From: an uncultured Candidatus Binatia bacterium
Lineage (GTDB): Bacteria > Desulfobacterota > Binatia > Bin18
NCBI GenBank assembly: GCA_965214605.1
Contig: OZ243961.1
Location: forward strand, 1,440,001 to 1,504,000
Direction: 5' to 3'
DNA length: 64,000 bases
Shown here in pieces: positions 21,462-30,455 of the stretch. Each line of letters starts with the position of its first letter. Position 1 is the stretch's first letter. The translations under genes were made by a program, and so were the position numbers. The notes under the pieces are model-generated. The model was not told where the DNA came from and ran no database searches. It saw only the letters and a list, made by a program, of their open reading frames with translations.

Positions 21462-22226
21462 ATGGCTCGCTTAGACGGAAAGGTTGCGATTATTACGGGC
21501 GGCTCGGGCGGGATCGGAAGGGCGGCCGGGCAGTTGTTTGTCAAGGCTGGAGCCAAGATCCTCCTGGTTGACTTGGCCGAGGAACCTCTCAAGCAGACGG
21601 TTCGGGACATTGGGAGCGATGCGATCAGCTATGCCGTCGCCGACGTGACCGACCCCGAGCAGTCTCAAGCCTATGTCCAGATGGCGGTAGAACGCTACGG
21701 CGGGGTGGATATCCTACTAGCCAACGCTGGGATTGAGGGTGTGGTGCAGGCGATCACGGACTACCCAATCGACGTATTCGACAAGGTCATGGCGGTCAAT
21801 GTACGCGGGGTGTGGCTGGGTCTCAAATACGTTATGCCCGAAATGGAAAAACGCGGCGGAGGCAGCATTGTCATTACCTCATCCGTAGCTGGGGTCAGAG
21901 GAACGGCAGACGTCTCAGCCTATATCACCAGCAAACACGCCGTGGTCGGCCTAATGCGTAGCGCTGCTCTGGAGGGTGCCAAAAAGGGCATTCGGATCAA
22001 TACCGTCAATCCGGCCCCAATCGAAACTCGCATGATGCGCTCGCTTGAAGAGGGCTTCTCACCCGACGCGCCGGCCCAGGCCAAAGAGGGCTTTGCCGCT
22101 ATGCTGCCGATGCACCGCTACGGCGAGCCCCAGGAGGTCTCGCAACTGATGCTGTTTTTAGCCAGCGATGACAGCAGCTACTGCACCGGCGGGGTGTACA
22201 TGGTCGATGGCGGCATGTCGGCCTGA
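21462..22226 (+). CDS. SDR family oxidoreductase
   Basis: TGGSGGIG, NAG, YITSK, VDGG. Confidence 0.92.
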   Translation: MARLDGKVAIITGGSGGIGRAAGQLFVKAGAKILLVDLAEEPLKQTVRDIGSDAISYAVADVTDPEQSQAYVQMAVERYGGVDILLANAGIEGVVQAITDYPIDVFDKVMAVNVRGVWLGLKYVMPEMEKRGGGSIVITSSVAGVRGTADVSAYITSKHAVVGLMRSAALEGAKKGIRINTVNPAPIETRMMRSLEEGFSPDAPAQAKEGFAAMLPMHRYGEPQEVSQLMLFLASDDSSYCTGGVYMVDGGMSA

Positions 22227-23044
22227 AGTGGAGAAAAACACCCTGAGTGTGTTGATCGAGGAGGAAAGAGATCACGCGTTTGCGGAAGTGAGGGACGAGG
22301 GACTGCAGATGAGTCTTCTGCCCTGAGTAGGTCAGCCGCATGGAGATCTGGACACGGACATCCTGGTTGGTCCTCCCCTTCTCTCCGAGACAAATTCTCG
22401 CGACGAGCCGGCCGTACATACTTCGAAAACAGGAAGGCATAGGCCAACGGGCCCTTCATCGCGGCCGAAACGGGAGCCTCAACCCCTTGCTGGTAGCTTG
22501 GATGCTGTAGAACAGGTTGCAATCGTCCCCGGTGTCCATCTGAAAGTTCTGGAGTCTGGAGGAAACGCGAAGAGTGCTATGGCTATAGAGCACCTTCAGT
22601 TGGCAGAGACAGATTCACCAACACAGAAGCTCGGTGGCCGTTAACTGTACAGGGGAAGCCACATCTCTCTTCTGGTTGCCGGCCTGCCCGGAATGGGCAG
22701 GACTACCGACCTTCCGCACCTATGCACGCTGAGGATTGCAGTCGATGTCCGCCCGCTTGTTTTCTTCTATCGCCAAGAGGCTTGTGGACTGAGGTAAATC
22801 GGTGCGTTGCATTGATTTCCAAGGATACCGCCAGTGCGGCCTATGACGGAACTCGTACAGACAAGATAAAACAGATGGACAGCTTCAAGGCGTTTTATTT
22901 CTGCGAGGATAAAAGTAGCCCCTCCCCCGTTTATCTCTCGTCCTGACACCATCCCGCAGGGAATAATCGCCCAGACGGTGGAGCGCCTTAGTGGTGGGTG
23001 GTTCCGACGCTGCCTCTTATCACTATTATCGGCTTAGACACATC

Positions 23045-23266
23045 TCAGTCCTCAATAAACGACCGCAAGGCCGTACGCCAGCCCGAGGACGCGAAACGCG
23101 ACTCCAGGTGAAACTCTTCCACCTCGTCCATGCTCGGCATACGCGCCAGCCGCCAACCGCCGTCTCTCGTATCACCCGGGGGGCGCGGCTGGGTCAGCCG
23201 TTTGAGCAGGGGAATAGGCAGGTCCATACCTTTGGCGATTTTCTGAATAAATTCGTCTCTGGTCAT
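23045..23266 (-). CDS. Small hypothetical protein (73 aa)
   Basis: ATG-started MTRDEFIQKIAKGMDLPIPLL..., 13 bp downstream of the FIST gene, protein-like composition. Confidence 0.6.
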   Translation of the reverse strand: MTRDEFIQKIAKGMDLPIPLLKRLTQPRPPGDTRDGGWRLARMPSMDEVEEFHLESRFASSGWRTALRSFIED

Positions 23267-23279
23267 GAGTCGATCCCGC

Positions 23280-24491
23280 CTACTGGAACGGCGTTGACCG
23301 CTCGCCGACCAAGACCAGCACGCCGGTGTATTGGAGCAGAGATTCGACCTGATGAATGGGCGCAATTTCACAGCCCGAGAAAAATCCGACAATCGGCACC
23401 TCGCCCAGGTACTGGGCGATATACGAGGTGTCGAGATCAGCAAAGCCGTACAAGCCCCTGCCTCGCCCTACACAGTTCACATACAGACCAAAGGCCGGCT
23501 TGATGCCGGCCCAGGTTTGGACCTGCTGTTCTAGTACGCGCTTGAGGTCAGCCCGCGAGCCGTCACCGCTGCGCATGGTAAAGACCATTTTCTGACCCTC
23601 ATGAACCTCGTCGGCGATCGCCACAATCCCTTGATCGGCGTCGAACCCGATCAGGTTGCGCACCACATATTCGCTGGCCGCGATATGCTGGCGCTCGGCG
23701 TCAACTGGCATACCAGCAAACACCACCCGAACCGCCCGCCGCAAATCTTCGCGTAAGGGTGATGAGAGCAGCTTCGTGAAGACCTCGAAGGCCGGACGGC
23801 CGTCCAACTCAAGAATGAGATTGCGATGGGCTGTGGTAATGGTATGGACTGGCCCGATTGGCTGACACGATTGAGAGATGCCGATTGAGTAGACAAAATT
23901 CCCGTTCAGCAGAGCGCCGCTCACGGCATTGTTACCGACCGTATCACCACATAACTGAAAGGTTTCGCCAACACTACCATCCTCAGACGCCCCGCCGCCC
24001 ACGGCCTCAATCTGCGGCACGCCCTCGGCTCGCAAGCCCTGACTCAGTCCCTGAAAAAACGTTCCAGAATTAAAATTATACGTGTCCGGAAACACCATCA
24101 ACAGGTTTTCCGGTCCGACGTGCGACTGGACGCGCGCCGCGATTTCTTGGCCGATCTCTTGACCCCGGCCACGCAGTTGAGGGATAAAAAATCGCTCGGC
24201 GGCAAACGAATCAGCCTGCACAGTAAGAACGGCAATGCCGGCTGCCTGCTCAATTTCCTTGCCAGAAATCAGCACGCCACCGGCGCTACAACCCACCACG
24301 TTGAGAGTCTGGGCCGTGGTCTGCACTGTACGCAGCAGTTGGCTGTAGCCGGCTCCATGATCAGCCGTGGCAAAGACGAGAGCCAGATCCGCACTATCAA
24401 TCCGGGCCCGGCTGAGGGCAGTTTGGGTTGCCTCACGTGCCGCCTCGGCCGTGTCTTTATAGGTCGACAGACCCACTCCAGCTTGAATCAT
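23280..24491 (-). CDS. FIST N/C domain protein (NosP-like)
   Basis: VVGCSAGGV, GGGAS, SQSCQPIG, LELDGRPA, YVVRN, NCVGRG, GFFSGCEIAP; alternative GTG start at 24518. Confidence 0.88.
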   Translation of the reverse strand: MIQAGVGLSTYKDTAEAAREATQTALSRARIDSADLALVFATADHGAGYSQLLRTVQTTAQTLNVVGCSAGGVLISGKEIEQAAGIAVLTVQADSFAAERFFIPQLRGRGQEIGQEIAARVQSHVGPENLLMVFPDTYNFNSGTFFQGLSQGLRAEGVPQIEAVGGGASEDGSVGETFQLCGDTVGNNAVSGALLNGNFVYSIGISQSCQPIGPVHTITTAHRNLILELDGRPAFEVFTKLLSSPLREDLRRAVRVVFAGMPVDAERQHIAASEYVVRNLIGFDADQGIVAIADEVHEGQKMVFTMRSGDGSRADLKRVLEQQVQTWAGIKPAFGLYVNCVGRGRGLYGFADLDTSYIAQYLGEVPIVGFFSGCEIAPIHQVESLLQYTGVLVLVGERSTPFQ

Positions 24492-24521
24492 GGCCCGCTC
24501 CTTTTCCGCGCCTGACACGCG

Positions 24522-25226
24522 TCAATCGACCTTCCCCTCGGCCGTTTCCGGCTTCTTCAAACCCAAACGTTCGTAGTACTTGGCCGGCACTTTACTCGCG
24601 TCTTTGTAGATAATGAACGAGCAGTGCTCCTTGCCCAAGACAGCGGACGGTTCAACCACAACAAACGGCTTGCCGTTCTTCTCAATGTCCACTAACTCCA
24701 TAGGAGGTTCATGGGCACAGTAGACCGGGAAGTTGGCCCGGTTATAAGTCATCCGCTGGGGTTTCTCAACCTTCAGAAAGCCGTCCGGACCGTCATATTT
24801 CCCCTCCAAGACCAGTCGTCCGCCGCTCCCGCACGGTTGCATCTGAATCACGACCTTTTCATTGTCCTCTCTGATCTCCATGGGCTGGAGATGACCGCGT
24901 AAGCCGGCCACGAACATCTTGATCCGCTGGGGCAGCTTGTCCGCCCCTTGGGGCATCTTTTCCAGGTTGGGCAGCCACCAGGCTTTGACCCCTTCGGTCA
25001 TAATCTCGTCAAGCGCTTCATCCCCGAATCGGCGGCCGATCTCGCTCAGCATGGCCGTTGTCCAATTGCGGTATAAGTCATGCATACTCAGAAATTCGTT
25101 ATACATCCGCTGGCCAATACGTTTGGCCGCCTCGCTATCCCCGGCCTCAATCGCCTCGGTCAGGCGATCGACCGAGCGTTTACCCATCTCACGTAGTTCG
25201 TCTTCAGAAAAAAATCGTTCCGTCAT
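24522..25226 (-). CDS. Hypothetical protein with Cys/His motifs, possibly V4R/ATC-hydrolase-like fold
   Basis: MHD, GHLQ, PCGSGG, YCAH, HCSF motifs; GGAGA RBS; fold is inference. Confidence 0.7.
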   Translation of the reverse strand: MTERFFSEDELREMGKRSVDRLTEAIEAGDSEAAKRIGQRMYNEFLSMHDLYRNWTTAMLSEIGRRFGDEALDEIMTEGVKAWWLPNLEKMPQGADKLPQRIKMFVAGLRGHLQPMEIREDNEKVVIQMQPCGSGGRLVLEGKYDGPDGFLKVEKPQRMTYNRANFPVYCAHEPPMELVDIEKNGKPFVVVEPSAVLGKEHCSFIIYKDASKVPAKYYERLGLKKPETAEGKVD

Positions 25227-25411
25227 CGGCGACTCTCCTATCTGTCAGGCTCTTCGTGTCACAGTGAACTAAGGATGGCCTCATCGTTGCTTTGGTCATT
25301 GTTGTTCACCTCACCGGGTATACCTCAACTCACCCTCACATTGCAAAGCCCGATTCGTCTCGCTAGGCTACTACCAACCGTGACCCGTTCCAGCGAGGAG
25401 TCGTCACTCGG

Positions 25412-27478
25412 GTGAAACCCTGGCAACCAGCCCGAACCGCCCAGCTCAAGCTCTCTCCCATCAAAGAGATGGAATTGGCTGCCAGTCGTATTCCCGGCGT
25501 GGTATCACTGGCCCAAGGGATTCCCAGTTTTGATACGCCAGAGCCGATCAAGGCATTTGTCCAGCAAAAAATAGCCGAGGGGGCCTGCGCCAAATACTCG
25601 CTGACGCCGGGGTTGCCGCAGCTCCGTGAGCTGATCGCGGAGTCCCTACTTCATGAGGGGATGCACTATGATCCGGACAGCGAGGTTATTGTCTCGTGCG
25701 GATCGATAGAGGCTATTGCGGCCAGCCTGCTGGCCCTCACCCAACCTGGTGACGAGGTTATTCTGGCCTCGCCGAGCTATGCCTCTTACCAAGAGGTGGT
25801 CCGACTGGCTGGCTGTATCCCACGTTTTGCGGCATTGGACGAGGAGCACAATTTTGCCTTTGATCCGGCCGCCTTCGAGGCATGTATATCGGCCCGCACG
25901 CGCCTGATTTTGTACTGCAATCCCAATAATCCGACCGGCACGGTCTTTTCCGAGGCTCAGACTCGGGCACTGATTGCTCTGGCCGAGCGGCATAATTTAT
26001 TTCTGCTGATTGATGAGGCATATAAGGACTTTGTCTATAGCCTAGAGCCGTATTTTAGTCCGGCTCAAGTGTCCGCTGTCCGCCATCGGGTGGTGCGGGT
26101 GTTTACCTTTTCAAAAGCCTACGGCATGACCGGCTGGCGGGTTGGCTACCTCCATACTGCAGCACCGTACGCTCGAGAAATTTTAAAGGTCCACGACGCC
26201 TTAGTCACCTGTGCCCCGGTTGTCTCGCAATACGCCGCCATGGCCGCCCTCGAATACGGGGCCGAACACATCGCCCGGTTTCGTCAGGCGTTCAAAGAGC
26301 GGCGCGATCGCACTCTTGAACACCTCGACCGCCTGTCGCACGTCTTTGACTATCAAAAACCCGAGGGCTCGTATTTTGTTTTTCCCCGGGTTAAGGATAC
26401 AGTCCGCTGGGCGCACGACTCGCGGCGACTCACGCGCGAGATGCTCGAACAGGCAAAAGTTGCCCTGGTCCCAGGCCTCGCCTTTGGTCCGAGCGGGGAG
26501 GCACATGTACGGATAAACTGCGGCCGTGAGCCGGCCGATATTGAGCGGGCGTTTGCGCGTCTGACACGCTATTTCCAGCCCACTATAGCCCACTACCCGG
26601 CCCGTCCGCCCCAGGTGTCCGATACAGATTGGACGGCTCAGCCCGAGTCGAGGTCCCAGACGTCCCTGCCGCCGTCGGCTCCCCGCCAGCGTTTACGGAG
26701 TCTAGCAATCCCGTATTTACGCCTATTGGCTCGGATCTTTCTGCGTCGCAAAAAGCCGTTAGTGATCGCCATTACCGGCAGTCGCGGCAAAACTGTCACC
26801 AAGCGTCTGTTGGCTGAGCTGCTGGCCGCTCGTTACCGGGTCCAAACTAACCCGCGCTCGTATAATACCGAGATCGGCCTGCCGCTGGCCGTGCTCAACG
26901 TTGAGATTGCACCCAAATCGGTCTGGTCGATACTGCTCACGCTGGGCCGGGCGAGCTGGAGTGCGCTGTTTTCGACCACGCCCCTGGACGTTTTGGTGTT
27001 GGAATTCGGTATCCGCCAGCACGGCGACATGCGCCGCCTGCTGCGGACCGTGCAACCCAATATTGCGATTGTGAATACCCTGACCCCCAGCTATAGCACC
27101 GATGTCGAGCTGCTCAGCACCCTGCAGGAGGAAATCCGAACCTTGTGCAGCACAGTCGGCTCCCAATGCCAATTTATCATTGACGGCGACGATCCGCTGC
27201 TCGAAGACATTGCCATGTCATTGCCTGCCTCGCCATCCGGCTGGCCTTCTGGTTCTGTCTTAGTGCGGCGGGCAGACTGGTCTCCGAACGGCGACAAGCT
27301 CGTTCTGCACAGCCCGGCTCACTCCTACCCTGTGAGCCGGGAGCTGATCAGCGAAAGCGAACGTACCTCGGTCCAGGCCGCGGTTCTGCTGGCTGAACGC
27401 TGGACCGAGTTGAGCCAGGCCGATATCCGCCGTTTTCTGGCCGCTGAGAGGCATGGGCCCCAGCCTGGGACAGGCTGA
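25412..27478 (+). CDS. Class I/II PLP aminotransferase fused to a MurF-like Mur ligase ATP-binding domain
   Basis: N-term SLAQGIP, NPNNPTG, DEAY, SKAYGMTGWRVG; C-term AITGSRGKT, SYNTEIGLPLAVL, VLEFGI...GDM..LL..VQPNIAI. Confidence 0.85.
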   Translation: MKPWQPARTAQLKLSPIKEMELAASRIPGVVSLAQGIPSFDTPEPIKAFVQQKIAEGACAKYSLTPGLPQLRELIAESLLHEGMHYDPDSEVIVSCGSIEAIAASLLALTQPGDEVILASPSYASYQEVVRLAGCIPRFAALDEEHNFAFDPAAFEACISARTRLILYCNPNNPTGTVFSEAQTRALIALAERHNLFLLIDEAYKDFVYSLEPYFSPAQVSAVRHRVVRVFTFSKAYGMTGWRVGYLHTAAPYAREILKVHDALVTCAPVVSQYAAMAALEYGAEHIARFRQAFKERRDRTLEHLDRLSHVFDYQKPEGSYFVFPRVKDTVRWAHDSRRLTREMLEQAKVALVPGLAFGPSGEAHVRINCGREPADIERAFARLTRYFQPTIAHYPARPPQVSDTDWTAQPESRSQTSLPPSAPRQRLRSLAIPYLRLLARIFLRRKKPLVIAITGSRGKTVTKRLLAELLAARYRVQTNPRSYNTEIGLPLAVLNVEIAPKSVWSILLTLGRASWSALFSTTPLDVLVLEFGIRQHGDMRRLLRTVQPNIAIVNTLTPSYSTDVELLSTLQEEIRTLCSTVGSQCQFIIDGDDPLLEDIAMSLPASPSGWPSGSVLVRRADWSPNGDKLVLHSPAHSYPVSRELISESERTSVQAAVLLAERWTELSQADIRRFLAAERHGPQPGTG

Positions 27479-27656
27479 GCTGGTTTGGTTTCCCTTGGTT
27501 TCATTCACCCAGACCCACCTATCTTGCCTCTTGCAAGAAAAGCACCTCTCATACTATGTTAAACTTTCTCCTATGGATGATCCTCCATCTCAAAGTAGCT
27601 GCCCGAGGCTGACCGCGTTGGTGTCATCCTCCCCTTGGGAGAGATGAAATAGCGCC

Positions 27657-29318
27657 ATGGACAGTCCAGTTCTCGGCATTCTCATCACTCTGCTGTTGGT
27701 GTTGACCAACGCGTTCTTTGTGGCGGCTGAATTCGCCTTGGTCAAAGTCCGTGCCTCACAGATCGAGCTACTGGTCCAGACCGGCAACAAGATGGCTCGC
27801 ATGGCGCAACATCTGATCGCCCATCTTGACGCCTATCTGTCGGCCACCCGGTTAGGTGTCACCCTGGCCTCGCTCGGCTTGGGCTGGATTGGCGAGCCGG
27901 TCGTCACCCGCCTGATTCTCGGCGCTACGGCCTTGGTTGGTCTGCATGTCAACCCCGAACTGGCCCATAATCTGGCCCTACCGGTAGCCTTTCTACTCTT
28001 GACGTTTCTCCGTATTGTGTTTGGTGAGCTGGTTCCCAAATCGCTGGCCATCCAGCGTCCGCGACCCACCGCCCTGGCTGTAGCCTTCCCCCTGTGGCTG
28101 TTCTCGGTGCTGCTGTTTCCCGTTATTGCCGCCCTCAACTGGATGGCCAACAGGGTCTTGTGGCTGCTCGGCATTGAAGCCACCCCCGAGTCTTCCCACT
28201 ACCATTCGAGCCAAGAACTCCGCCTACTGCTTGAGCAGGGTCGCGAGGACAGGACGATTAAGGAAGCCGAGCACAAGCTGATCGAAAACGTGTTTGAGTT
28301 TAGCGAGACGGTCGTCAAAGAAATCATGGTTGCCCGGACGCATATTGTTGCCATCGATATCCACGCTTCCTCAAGCCAACTCCTTAAAACCATGGTCGAA
28401 GAGGGCTATACACGGATGCCCCTATACGACGGCGGCCTGGATAATATCTGCGGCATCGTGCATGCTAAAGATCTGTTCCCGCTGTTAGAGCATACAGACC
28501 TGATTATTCTTCAAGACATCCTGCGACCGGCTTTTTTTGTGCCCGAGACCAAACCGATTTCGCAGCTGCTGCGCGAGTTTCAGCACCGCAAGACGCAGCT
28601 GGCAATTGTGGTCGATGAGTTCGGCAGCACTGCCGGACTGGTGACGATGGAGGATATTCTGGAAGAGCTGGTTGGTGAAATCCAGGATGAGTACGATAAT
28701 GAAACAGCCGGAGTTGAGAAGCTGGCCGATGGCAAGTATGTTATCCGGGGTTCTCTCACTATCTCAGATGTCAACGATCGGCTCGACGATTTTCAGCTTC
28801 CCGAAGGCAACGATTACACCACTCTCAACGGTCTGATCAACAAATGGTTTGGCCGTATTCCGGAAGTCTCCGAGGTGTGTGAGCAAGACGGATTACGTAT
28901 CACGGTGCTCAAGACCGAAAACCACCACATCACCCAGGTTCGGATCGAGCAGAGCAAATCGCACCGTGGGGTGGAGCATCTCTCGCCGCGGCTGACGCAA
29001 CCCAACGGTCATCCGCCTGCTGCGCGGTCAACCTCGGATCGCGCCTCCCACCAACTCCGGGAGGTGTCTAGACTCACGCTGTACACGCGTCCCAACTGCT
29101 CCCTGTGTCATACCATGAAAGCAACCCTGCTCGAGGTCCAGGTTGATACGCCGTTTCAACTGGAGACCATCGACATCTCGACCGACCCTAAGCTGAACGC
29201 CCGCTTTGGCCTTGAAATCCCACTGCTGTATATCAACGGACGGCGCGCATTTATGTATGAACTGAGCGCCGCCGAACTCAGACGGTGTCTGGACCAAGAA
29301 CAGACCTCAGCACCATGA
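27657..29318 (+). CDS. Hemolysin-family CNNM-CBS-CorC protein with a C-terminal glutaredoxin-like (DUF836) domain
   Basis: NAFFVAAEFA, GLGWIGEP, GELVPKS, VVDEFG..AGLVTMEDILEELVGEIQDEYD; C-term LTLYTRPNCSLC...IDI...IPLLYING. Confidence 0.88.
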   Translation: MDSPVLGILITLLLVLTNAFFVAAEFALVKVRASQIELLVQTGNKMARMAQHLIAHLDAYLSATRLGVTLASLGLGWIGEPVVTRLILGATALVGLHVNPELAHNLALPVAFLLLTFLRIVFGELVPKSLAIQRPRPTALAVAFPLWLFSVLLFPVIAALNWMANRVLWLLGIEATPESSHYHSSQELRLLLEQGREDRTIKEAEHKLIENVFEFSETVVKEIMVARTHIVAIDIHASSSQLLKTMVEEGYTRMPLYDGGLDNICGIVHAKDLFPLLEHTDLIILQDILRPAFFVPETKPISQLLREFQHRKTQLAIVVDEFGSTAGLVTMEDILEELVGEIQDEYDNETAGVEKLADGKYVIRGSLTISDVNDRLDDFQLPEGNDYTTLNGLINKWFGRIPEVSEVCEQDGLRITVLKTENHHITQVRIEQSKSHRGVEHLSPRLTQPNGHPPAARSTSDRASHQLREVSRLTLYTRPNCSLCHTMKATLLEVQVDTPFQLETIDISTDPKLNARFGLEIPLLYINGRRAFMYELSAAELRRCLDQEQTSAP

Positions 29319-29650
29319 CAGACCTCCCCTCCCAAGCCTGCGTCATCCTGGTCACCACTAGTTCGGAGGCCGAGGCTGAAATGATCGCCGCCGCTCTGCT
29401 CAAAGAACGCCTAGTGGCGTGTGTCAATATTCTCGGCCCCATCCGTTCTTTGTATCGCTGGGAGGGCAAGATTACAAACGACCGCGAATGGCTGTTAGTG
29501 ATCAAAAGCCGCGCAGAGCGATTCGTCGCAGTCGAAGCCAGGGTTCGCACCCTGCACTCCTACGAGGTCCCAGAGGTCATCAGCCTGCCGCTGCTAGCCG
29601 GGTCGGTCAGCTATCTGGACTGGATTCTCAAAGAGACAACCTCAGATTGA
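29315..29650 (+). CDS. cutA: Divalent-cation tolerance protein CutA
   Basis: LVACVNI, SLYRWEG, HSYEVPEVI, YLDW; ATGA overlap with the upstream stop. Confidence 0.92.
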   Translation: MTDLPSQACVILVTTSSEAEAEMIAAALLKERLVACVNILGPIRSLYRWEGKITNDREWLLVIKSRAERFVAVEARVRTLHSYEVPEVISLPLLAGSVSYLDWILKETTSD

Positions 29651-29724
29651 GGATGGAATGTCTCTCCCGATCCCGCGCTCCGTGCGCTTGTCCTGATCTC
29701 ACTTCAGGTGTACCATTCAAAGCT

Positions 29725-30423
29725 ATGGCAGGCTTCAATGCTCCCTTTCGCCAGCTCCGCAAGCAGACCATCAAACGTCACAAGCAGGCCCAAACCGCTC
29801 GCAAGCCGAAATCTCCCGTTCTCCGGGTCCAGGAGGTAATTGACGACGCCGAGCTGTTCCAGCAAGAGATGAAAGAGGTTATCCCGCTCAACAAGGACGA
29901 CAGCGCGCGGGTCAGCCGCCCGTCCCCAGCTATTTTACGCCGCACTCTGATTGATGAGGAAAACGAGGCGCTAGCCGAACTGTACGACCTGGTTGCCGGC
30001 CGGTCTGAGTTTGATGTCACCGATACCGACGAATATGTAGAGGGTTGTGTCGTGGGTCTGGATACCCGGCTGGTTCATAAACTCCGCCAGGGGGCCTTTT
30101 CCCGCCAAGCCTCACTGGACCTGCACGGCATGACGACAGATGAGGCCCATGCCGAGGTCGAACGCTTTGTGTTAGGAGCGCTGCGCTCCGGCCTGCGCTG
30201 TATTTTGGTCATCCATGGCCGGGGCCGCAACTCGCCCGGCCAGATGCCGGTTCTCAAAGACCGGCTGAAATATTGGTTGACCCGCGGCAAACTGGCCAAG
30301 GTCGTGCTGGCCTTTGCCACCGCCCGGGCCTACGATGGAGGACCGGGTGCCCTGTATATCCTGTTACGCCACGAGCACGCGCCCAAACAACCGCTGATCG
30401 TCTTGGAGGGAGCCAAACGCTAA
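29725..30423 (+). CDS. Smr domain endonuclease (SmrA/SmrB-like)
   Basis: ELFQQEMKEVIPL N-terminal motif, LDLHG, VIHGRG, DGGPGA; start reassigned to ATG 29725. Confidence 0.85.
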   Translation: MAGFNAPFRQLRKQTIKRHKQAQTARKPKSPVLRVQEVIDDAELFQQEMKEVIPLNKDDSARVSRPSPAILRRTLIDEENEALAELYDLVAGRSEFDVTDTDEYVEGCVVGLDTRLVHKLRQGAFSRQASLDLHGMTTDEAHAEVERFVLGALRSGLRCILVIHGRGRNSPGQMPVLKDRLKYWLTRGKLAKVVLAFATARAYDGGPGALYILLRHEHAPKQPLIVLEGAKR

Positions 30424-30455
30424 TGTGTCGGGAATTGTACTGACCGGGAGAGTCT

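Noticed and set aside
22815-22827. 13-bp match (atttccaaggata) to the 9.8-kb inverted repeat, with another short match inside the cfa 3' end
   Set aside because: Short, no partner arm, and one copy is in coding sequence; may be chance.
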